Assembly (NCBI GenBank): GCA_964016885.1
Contig: OZ024740.1
Span: forward strand, 104,780,001 to 104,844,000
Direction: 5' to 3'
Source of the DNA: Eledone cirrhosa
Lineage: Eukaryota
Length of the DNA: 64,000 bases
Shown here piece after piece: positions 54,836-64,000 of the stretch; positions within the stretch are counted from its first letter, which is position 1; every line of letters begins with the position of its first letter. The position numbers and the translations under genes are program-made. The notes below the pieces were generated by a model. That model searched no databases and had not been told where the DNA came from. It was given only the letters and a program-made list of their open reading frames with translations.

Positions 54836-55037
54836 TATATATATATATATATAGCGTGGACTGTGTGTTTTTTGTCGTGACACCTACACGACCTCATTTA
54901 TTTAGGACTGGATGTTGTGGTACCAACATAGCTTTACATCGAAAGGGGTGGTGTAGATGGCGGTGGGGGTAGGGTTAGTGGGACGGGGGTGTATTTTGGT
55001 TAAGAGGTGCCTACTGACTGTAGGTTTCGCTTTGTAC

Positions 55038-57490
55038 TTAGGCAAGGCGGGTCTTCTGTATTACTGTGTAGCGCCAAAGATCTCGGTCCAGTGACGTTGT
55101 CTTAGAGAGGTGTAAGTGTGTGAGGTCGAATTTTATCAAGTCGTCCCAAGTTTTTCTGGGTCTGCCTACTCCATAGCTACCGTCTATTTTGATCGCCCTG
55201 TACTTTTTTATACAGCTGCCATCTTTCATGCACATCATGTAACCATACCAACGTAGTCTTCTCTCGAGTAAACAGCATCTGATCCCTCTTATTCCTAATT
55301 TCTCACTTAGTTCATTTATGCTTTGCCGTTCGCGTATATTACTATTATACATCCAACGGAGCATGCAAGCTTCGTTCCTCTCCAGTCTGCATGGATCCTC
55401 TGCACACAAGGCCCATGTCTCACTGCCATGTAACATCGCTGTTCATATGCAGGCATCATACAGCCTGCCTTTTATTTTTAGAGAGAAACCTTTAGCGGCC
55501 AATAGTGGTATAAGCTCTCTGAACTTTTTCCATCCCGTTCTGACTCTAGCTACAGTACTTTTGGAGCACCCTCCCCCACTGCTGATTTTGTCACCCAGGT
55601 AACGGAAGGTGTCCACTATTTCTATAGAACCATCTGGGCAATGGAATGAGCTAGTATTCTGTGGGCATTTGCTGCTACTTATTGCACCAGAGCACCGGCC
55701 ACATGTCAAATCTATGTTCTTAGTTAGCTTACCTGTGATCCCACTACATCTTTTATGCACCCATACTTTGCATTTGGGACATAAAATGGAGTTTCTGCCT
55801 ACTCCTTTCCTACACACTGAGCATGACCATTTCCCAGAGGGCACCTATGCCCTATTCTCCTTCCTACATATTAGGACTTTAGTCTTAGACAAGTTAAGTT
55901 TAAGGCCTTTTGATTCTAGGCCATGCTTCCATGTTTGGAATTTCTTCTCTAGTTCAGCCATTGATTCAGCTATGAGCGTTAGATCAGCTGCGTATAGAAG
56001 TTCCCATGGGGAGCCGGTCTTGAACTCCTCCGTTATAGCTTGGAGAGCGATAATAAATAGGGGGTTAAGGACGGAGCCCTGATGAACACCAACTTTTACG
56101 CTAAACTCTTCACTATATTCGTTGTTAATTCTAACCTTGCTGACTGTTTCTTTATACATGGCTTGTATAGCTCTCACAAGCCATTCATCTACACCTAGTT
56201 TTCTAAGAGCCCACCAGATAATGGAGCGGGGGACTCTGTCAAGGCTTTCTCCAGGTCTACAAAAGCTAAGTAGAGGGGTTTACTTTTAGCTAGGTACTTT
56301 TTCTGTAGTTGTCGTACAATGAAAAGAGCGTCTGTGGTACTTTTACCTGACACAAACCCGAACTGCATTTCATCTAGATCAATTCGCTCTCTGATTAGTT
56401 GCGCTATTACTTTTTCTGTGACCTTCATGACCTGGTCAATTAATTTAATGCCTCTATAGTTTCCCCTATCTAGGGCATCTCCTTTACCCTTGTAGCAGTT
56501 AATGATGATGCTGCTACGCCAGTCCTTTGGTACGACCCCATTCTGTATAACTTGGTTTACTATCCGGGTGACCATAGTGTGTCCCACCATTCCAGATGCT
56601 TTCAGCATTTCAGCAACTATTTCCGAAGGCCCAGCCGCCTTGCCCGTCTTCATATCTTTGATTGCCTTACTTATTATACTACCTTCAACTTGCACCGCTG
56701 GTCCCTCTATTGGATCGATGTGGGGGAGGCTGTCTTTCTCCCATTTATTCTCCTCATTTAGTAGCCTTTCGTAGTGACACTTCCAAGCTACCTTCTTATC
56801 AGCATCAGTGATGGCAAGTACACCATCATCATTTAGGACACACTTCTCCCCGACAATATCACGGTTCTCCTTGACACATTGTCTAGCAATCCTGAACACC
56901 TCACGTTTTTGGTCCACTTGTTGTAGAACATGCTTGAACTTTCTTTCCTCTGCTTCCCTTTTTGCGAAGTACACTTGTCTCCTAGCTTCCCTCCTGGCCA
57001 CTTGATAGTCTTCTCTACTTCCCCCATCCTGCCATACTTTCCAAGCCTGCTTTTTGGCCTTGATCGACTCCTCCACCTTACTGTTCCACCACCAACTTAC
57101 TCTCCTCCTGCCTATAGGTCTGCTCCAGCCACAGATTTCATCTGTCGTCTTCAGCAGGTTAGCTTTCAGGAATTCCCACTGTTCCTCTATATTGTACGAC
57201 TCTAATTGCTCTTCCTTACTGTCAAAAGCATCAAGTAATATGATTTTAAATTTATTACTGGCTGTGGGGTCCTTTAACTTCCATATTTTTCTCCTAAGGA
57301 TAGTCCTCCTCTGTTGTCGAATACGTCTCGTCCTGACTATGAGGTCACTAACTATGAGGCTATGTTGGGAGGTGCATTCTTCATGGGGGAGAGATTTAGT
57401 GTTTACAACAGACACTCTGTCTCGTCTTCTGGTAAGGATATAATCTATCTGACTGGCGTGTTCCCCTGATCTATAGGTGATCAAAGGTAA
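55038..57490 (-). mobile_element. RTE LINE, 5'-truncated, with a PHD finger between RT core and thumb region
   Basis: SQIDYIL, GKAAGPS, NYRGIKL, QFGF, AFVDLEKA, GVHQGSVL, LLYAADL, CSVC..CPKC..HKRC..CGRC, FRYLGD and RLRWYG; a few stops and frameshifts. Confidence 0.93.
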
Positions 57491-57666
57491 CATGGTAAAA
57501 ACCTCCCAGTCCACACTGTAAACGTGGTTGGTGTTAGGAAGGGCATCCAGCCATAGAAAACCTGCCAGACAACCAATCTTGCCTCTAGTGGGACAATTCC
57601 CGTCCAGACCCATGCTAGAGTAGAAAATGGACCTTAAACGATGATGATGATGATGATATATATATA

Positions 57667-57933
57667 CAGGTGTGGACGATATTTGTTCACAAGATTACTG
57701 TCTAGGAAAAAATAACATAGTAGTTTTATTTTTTAAGATATATTTATCAAACTTGGGTCAGTTTGTCTTCATGACTTGTTCTTTCGATCTCACTCAACAA
57801 ACCCACCATTGGCTTTGTTGACGGCCTCAAGGCGGCCTCGGAACCGGCTACAGGCCTTCGTCACTGTCCCCCGACTTAGGCCCCTAAAGGCACTTGTGAT
57901 CCTGGTCTTCAGATCGTCTTTCTTATTGCAGCT

Positions 57934-57939
<6 letters not shown>
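57667..57939 (-). mobile_element. DD37D (maT) 3'-end fragment, copy 4
   Basis: TIR caggtgtggacgatatttgttc plus the transposase C-terminus; truncated at a (CT)n/(TA)n tract. Confidence 0.9.
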
Positions 57940-57990
<51 letters not shown>

Positions 57991-58093
57991 CATATATAAA
58001 TACTATAGTAAAAAATTTGATAGAAATATCCAAGGGTAAGAACACTCAGTCCATAGGACGAGTTTAGTATAAATAATTACAACAGTGACATAA

Positions 58094-58143
58094 ACAGGTA
58101 CTTAAGTTTCGTTGGATTCTGGACCCCAACTCATTCAGCCTGT
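58094..58143 (-). ncRNA. Minimal type I hammerhead ribozyme motif (Penelope-associated) with one extra A in the core
   Basis: ACAGG CUGAAUGA GUUGG-ggUccagaau-CCAAC GAAA CUUAAG UA CCUGU: stems I and II each pair over 5 bp, stem III is palindromic, and the cleavage triplet is GUA. Confidence 0.7.
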
Positions 58144-58269
58144 CATAAAGAAAAGAAAACAAAGATGGCTGCCTGGGGTTGATTGTGCTTTCTTTTTAAA
58201 AATATATCATAAGAGTTTAAACAAAGGCAGGTAATTTAGAAATTAGTTAAAAAAAGGGTTTTTTTCCCC

Positions 58270-60035
58270 GAGTACCCGACACTACGTGAAGATGGACCTC
58301 CGTGAGATCGATTATTCCCTGAAGAATATACCGACCCCTTCATACAGGACTTACTCTAAACTCCTCCTCCATAATGTTGAAGATGTGGTCAAGCGATTGA
58401 GATAGAGATGAAATGTTGTCAAGTTCTGCCAATATTTTCAATCTAGAAAGTACCCACTTAGGTAAATGAACTCGCTAGCTTGGAGGCTGATCTTCTTAAT
58501 CTCTTTGCTAACATTTCTTTCTGCAAACACTCCAATTCTTTTCAAAACAAAATAAGTAGAGACATTAAAAACTTGAGATCCTCTGATAGAACTTTCGTCC
58601 TATCTGATAAAACCAAGAACCTGTATGAATCAGGTCAGTCTACCGACAACCAACTTCTTAACATATCCATATAGGCAAAATACAAAAAAAAGCTGACCCT
58701 GCTACTTATTATGACATTAATACTGAGGCGAAGGATATAGCCACCACCCTTGGAGCTAGGTCTTGTTAGTAAGGACATACTCTGGAAAATTAATATAGCC
58801 TTTAGGAAACAGTTCAGACTTAATTAGTTGGATAATAGTCAAATTATTATGGATTGGGTTAATGTCCTCAAACACACTAAGAAAGCTAGGTTTACACAAT
58901 TTGACATTATTGACTTTTATCCCTCAATATCCAAGATCTTACTTGATCAGGCCCTTGATTTTGCTACTAAATTTACTAACATAGACGTTTTGGACCGATT
59001 ATTCATATCTCAATGCAGGGAAACTCTCCTCTTTAGCAACAGCGACCCATGAACAAAAGAAATCCACTATCAATGACCCATTCGATGTACTGATGGGATT
59101 ATTTAACAGCGTGGGTATATGCGATTGGTACTATCCAGCCATAAAAGTGGCCATGACGTGGACATCTTTAGGAAAAACTTAATCACTACTTTCAACAGCC
59201 TAGGATAAACAATTTTGATAGTCACCAACCTCACCAATGTCAACTTCCTAGATGTTAACTTAGACCTACAGACTTGCATATATAGACCATTCCACAAACA
59301 CAGTGAGAAACCTCGGTACATCCATAAGGACTCTAGCCACCCCCTGCAGATTTTAAAAATCTTATTAAAAACACTAGTAAGAGGGTTTCCAACCTCTCTT
59401 CTAACAAAGCCATCTTTTATAGGGCAGCACCCTACTATAATTCTGCACAAAGCAACAGCGGCTTCTCTGAAAAAAAAATCACATACTCTCCAAATTGCCG
59501 TCCTATATCTAGTAAGAAAAAACCTAGATGTCTTATACTTCGCACCACCTTTTGCAACGAATGGGAAAACTAATGTAGCTAAAAAATTCCTAGCCCTTAT
59601 AGATCTCCATGTCCCTGTTGGTCATAAATACTGAAAGATATTTAATAACCATACAGTAAAAATAGGATACTCTTGCACTAGCAATGTTGAATCCTATATC
59701 ACTGGCAAATGCAAAATTCCTCCACCGTACGGATGTTCATGTAGAAGACCAGATACATGCCCATTAGATCAACAGTATAACACTCCGGCAGAGGTTACCA
59801 CCACTAACTAGAACCACCAAACTGAAGTCTGGACCTATGTCAGCATGTTCGAGAGCTGGTTTAAAAACCGGTACCCGAATCACAAAACAACCTTCAGATA
59901 TCCCGACAAAAAAACACGCCACCCAGCTTGCAAATCATGTATGGAGCCATAAGAACAACGGCACAACTTTTTCCATCAAATGGAGGACATTAGAAAGATC
60001 TACTGCCTGTGTGAATGGGTTGAAATTTTGGGGAA
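58270..60035 (+). mobile_element. Decayed Penelope-like retroelement (RT + C-terminal GIY-YIG)
   Basis: DYSLKNIP, QFDIIDFYPSIS, NFLDVNLDL..YRPFHK..YIHKDSSHP, YFAPPF..TNVAKKFLALID, KIGYSC, CSCRRPDTCPL and HATQLANHVW..FSIKWRTL; many stops and deletions. Confidence 0.9.
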
Positions 60036-60424
60036 AGAGACACAATAGAAGCTTTCTCATTTCGACTCCTGTCAAAAATGTTCTGCCAATTGTGTTCAGT
60101 AAATTCACACACCTGCTTCTCGACAATACTACAGCAAACATCAAAACAACGCTTGAAAGTGATATCTAATTTTAAAATTTAAATCAAATATCAAAGCGAC
60201 AAAACCAGAAAATTTTGAAGGGGGGATTTTTAATTCTCGAAATATTAGAACAAAATAATAATAATAATGATTTCTACTATAGGCACAAGACCAGCTATTT
60301 GGTGGGGGAAGAGGAAAGTCGATTATATCGAACCCAGTGCATTACTGGTGCTTTATTTTATCGACCCCGTAAGGATGGAAGGAACAGAAAATCTCAGCAG
60401 GATTTGAACTTAAGAACTAATAAA

Positions 60425-60588
60425 GTTTAGCCCCAGGACAGATGTTATTTAGACCCAGAACAGATGTTAAGCCCAAGGAGGGATGTTTAGCCAAAGGATA
60501 AATGTTGTATAGTCCAAGGATACATGTTGTTTAGCCCCAGGACTGATGTTGTTTAGCCCCAGGACTAATGTTATTTAGTCCCAGGAGT
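60425..60588 (+). repeat. About 8 copies of a ~22-bp tandem unit, ATGTTGTTTAGCCCCAGGACTG
   Basis: Directly visible in the sequence. Confidence 0.85.
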
Positions 60589-60589
60589 A

Positions 60590-63500
60590 CATATATGGAC
60601 CACCATGAGATCCCCTCTATTTAGTTGCTATGATTAGCAAACATATGGTCTACTATGATGTTTAGCTGCTGTAGATTTTATTTCTAGCACACCTATCGAC
60701 CACCATAAGGATCCCCTTGTTTAGCTGATGTAGCTACTATTTCTATCACACATATGGGCCACCATGAGATTTTCCCTATTTAGCTGCTATTTCTAGTACA
60801 GCTATGGACTACCATAAGGTTGCCCCTGTATAGCTGATGTAGTTGTTATTTCTAGCACACCTATGGACAACCATGAGGTTCCCTTATTTAGCTGCTATTT
60901 CTAAAAAACCTATGGACCACAATGAAAGTCACCCAGTTTAGCTGAAGTATGAGGTCCCCCCTAATTTAGCTGCTATTAAAAGCACACTAATGGACCACTA
61001 TGAGGTTCCCTCAATTTAGAGGCTATTTTTAGCACACTTATGGATTACTATGACGTTTTCCCCATTTTGCTGCTATTTCTAGCACACTTATGGACCACTA
61101 TGAGGTTCCTCCTATTCAGCTGTTATTTCTAGCATGTTTATGGACCACTATGATTTTGTCCTATCCAGCTGCTATTTCTAGCATGTTTATGGACCACAAT
61201 AAGGTTCCCCTATTTAGCTGCTATTTCTAGCACACTTATGGACCACTATGAAGTTCCTCCTATTCAGCTGTTAATAGCTGTTATTTCTAGTATACTTATG
61301 GGCCACCACCAGTTACCTCCTATTTAGCTGCTATTCCTAGCACACTTCTGGTCCACTATGTGGTTACTCCTATTCATATGCTATTTCTACCATAATTATG
61401 CTGCTTTTTCTAGCACTTATAAGCCACTATGAAGTTCACCTCATTTATCTGTTATTTCTAGCACACTTATGGCCCACTATGAGGTTTCCTCTATTTACCT
61501 GCTATTTCTAGCACAGCTATTAACCACTATGTGTTACCTTCTGTTTAGCTGATCTTTCTAGCATACTTATGGATAACTATGAGGTTCACACTATTATGCT
61601 GCTATTTCTAGCACATTAATGGACGACTATGAGGTTTTTCTTATTTAGCTGCTATTTCTAGCATGATTATGGACCACTTTGAGGTCCCCCTATTTAGCTG
61701 CTATTAAAAGCACACTAATGGACCACTATCAGGTTCTCCTAACTTAGAGACTACTTCTAGCACACTTATGGATTACTATGAGGTTTTCTCCATTTAGCTG
61801 CTATCCCAGCACACTTATGGACCACTATGAGGTTCCTCATATTCAGTTGTTATTTCTAGCATGTTTATGGACCATAAGGTTTCTCCTATTTAGATGCTAT
61901 TTCTAGCACACTTATGGATCACAGAGGTTTTCTCTATTTAGCTGGGTTTTCTAGCACACTGATGGACCACTATGAGATTCCTCCTATTCAGCTGCTATTT
62001 CTAGCATGTTTATTGACCACTATGAGGATCCTCCTATTTAACTGCTATTTCTAGCACTCTAATGGACCACTATGCGGTACAGGTTATTTAGCTGCTATTT
62101 CTAGCATGTTTATGGACCACTATGAGGTTCCCCTAAATAGCTGCTATTTCTAACACGTTAATGGACCACTGTGTGGTTCCACTTATTTAGTTGCTATGTC
62201 TAACATTATTATGGACCACTATGAGGTTCCCTCTATTTAGCTGCTATTGAAAGCACACTAATGGATCACTATGAGGTTCCCCAATTTAGCTGCTATTTCT
62301 GGCACACTTATGGACCACTATGAAATTCCTCCTATTCAGCTGCTATTTCTAGCATGATTATGGACCACTATGAGGTTCCCTCTATTTAGCTGCTATTAAA
62401 AGCACACCAATGGACCACTAACAATTTAAAGACTATTTCTAGCACTTATGGATTACTATGAGGTTTTCCACATTTAGCTGCTACCCCAGCACACTTATGG
62501 ACCACTATGAGGTTCCTCCTATTCAGCTGTTATTTCTAGCATGTTTATGGACCACTATGAGGTTCCTCCTATTTAGATGCTATTTCTAACCCACTTATGG
62601 ATCAGTGAGGTTTTCCTTATTTAGCTGCTATTTCTAGCACACTGATGGACCACTATGAGGTTCCTCTATTCAGCTGTTATTTCTAGCATGTTTATGGACC
62701 ATTATGATGTTACTCCTACTTAGCTGCTATTTCTATTATACGTATGGGCCACCATGAGATACCTCCTATTTAGCTGCTATTCCTAGTACATTCTGGTCGA
62801 CTATTTGGTTACTCTTAGTTATATGCTATTTCTACCATAATTATGGACCACTATGAGGTTCCCCCCTGTTTATCTGCTCTATCTAACGCACTTATGGACC
62901 ACTATGAGGTTCCCCTTATTTAGCTGCTATTTCTAGCACACTTATGAACCACTATGTGTTTCCTTCTGTTTAGCTGCTCTTTCTAGCATACTTATGGATA
63001 ACTATGAGGTCCACACTATTATGCTACTATTTCTAGCACATTAATGGACTACTATGAGGTCTCCCATATTTTGCTACTATTTTTAACACACTTATGGTCC
63101 ACTATGAGGATCCTCCTATTTAGCTGCTATTTCTTGCATGATTATGGAGCACTTTTAGGTTCACTCTATTTAGCTGCTATTTCTACCACATTAATGGACC
63201 AATATGAGGTTAACACTATTTACCTGCTATTTTTAGCACAATTATTGACCGCTATGAGTTACCTACTAATTAGCTGCTATTTCTTGCATAATTATAGACC
63301 ACTATGAAGTTCTCCCTAGTTAGCTGCTATTTCTAGCACACTTATTGGCCACTAATGCTTCCTCCTATTTCGCTGCTTTTTCTAGCACACTTATGTATCA
63401 CTCTGAGGTTCCCCCTATTCAGCAATCTTGTGGTTCACTAAGCGGTTTCCGCTATTTAGCTGCTATTTCTAGCACATGAATGGTCCACCAGGAGTTTCCC

Positions 63501-63822
63501 CTTATTTCGTAAATATTTCTAGCACACCTATAGACTACCATGAAGTTCACGCAATTTATCTACTTTTTCTAGCACACCAATGGCCCACTATAAGGTTCCT
63601 CCAATTTGGCTGCTATTCCTAGCTCACTTATGGACCACTATGAGGTCCCTTCTATTTAGCTGCTCTTTCTAACATAATTTTGGATCACTATGAGGTAAAC
63701 GTAGTTAGCAGCTATTTCTAACATATTAATGGACGAAAATGAGGTTCCCCTATTTAGCTGCTCTTTCTAGCAAACATATGGACCACTATAACGTCCCCCC
63801 TATTTAGCCGTTATTATTAGCA
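60590..63822 (+). repeat. ~50-bp satellite, about 65 diverged monomers, consensus ATTTAGCTGCTATTTCTAGCACACTTATGGACCACTATGAGGTTCCTCCT
   Basis: Contiguous tandem units with variant blocks recurring at about 0.7 and 1.4 kb. Confidence 0.95.
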
Positions 63823-63828
63823 CGATAA

Positions 63829-64000
63829 AGGCGGTGGATTGGCAGTATCGGTAGAGGGTCGGACGCCATGCTTTGAAGCATAGAGTTACCTTCCTGTATG
63901 ATCTGAGTTCAAATCCCACCGAGGTTAACTTTGCCTTTCATCCTTATAGGGTCGATAAAATAAAGTACCAGTAATGCACTGGGTAATTGCTGGCCTTGTG
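63829..64000 (+). mobile_element. SINE family B copy running off the window end
   Basis: ggcggtggattggcagtatcggtagagggtcggacgccatgc... matches the copy at 32601. Confidence 0.88.

Noticed and set aside
60590-63822. Satellite as a CRISPR-like or coding array
   Set aside because: The variable parts are diverged homologs of one another, not unique spacers, and no long ORF is present.

Overview
This is AT-rich, repeat-dominated animal DNA with long (TA)n/(TG)n microsatellites. The repeat families look cephalopod (octopus-like); that assignment is inference. The only host gene I can support is a spliced, multi-pass membrane protein resembling TMEM72 on the + strand. It has five phase-consistent GT-AG exons (12616-12676, 22959-23030, 28055-28188, 28996-29098, 29876-29981), and its first coding exon was not found. 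The rest is mobile or repetitive DNA: four copies of a DD37D (maT) Tc1/mariner transposon; mariner-, Tigger- and hAT-type MITEs; RTE LINEs (one near full length, one family with a PHD finger inside pol); a young CR1 joined to an L1/Tx1 fragment; two Penelope-like elements; two SINE families; a 25-bp hairpin minisatellite; and a 3.2-kb 50-bp satellite. The most notable observations are a minimal hammerhead ribozyme beside a Penelope element, HDV-like ribozyme candidates in RTE 5' regions, a SINE sharing its 3' end with an RTE LINE in the window, a satellite apparently derived from two parts of one dispersed repeat, and a foldback element present both intact and collapsed. I found no convincing new multi-gene system. 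Most ORFs in the supplied track are microsatellite artefacts.
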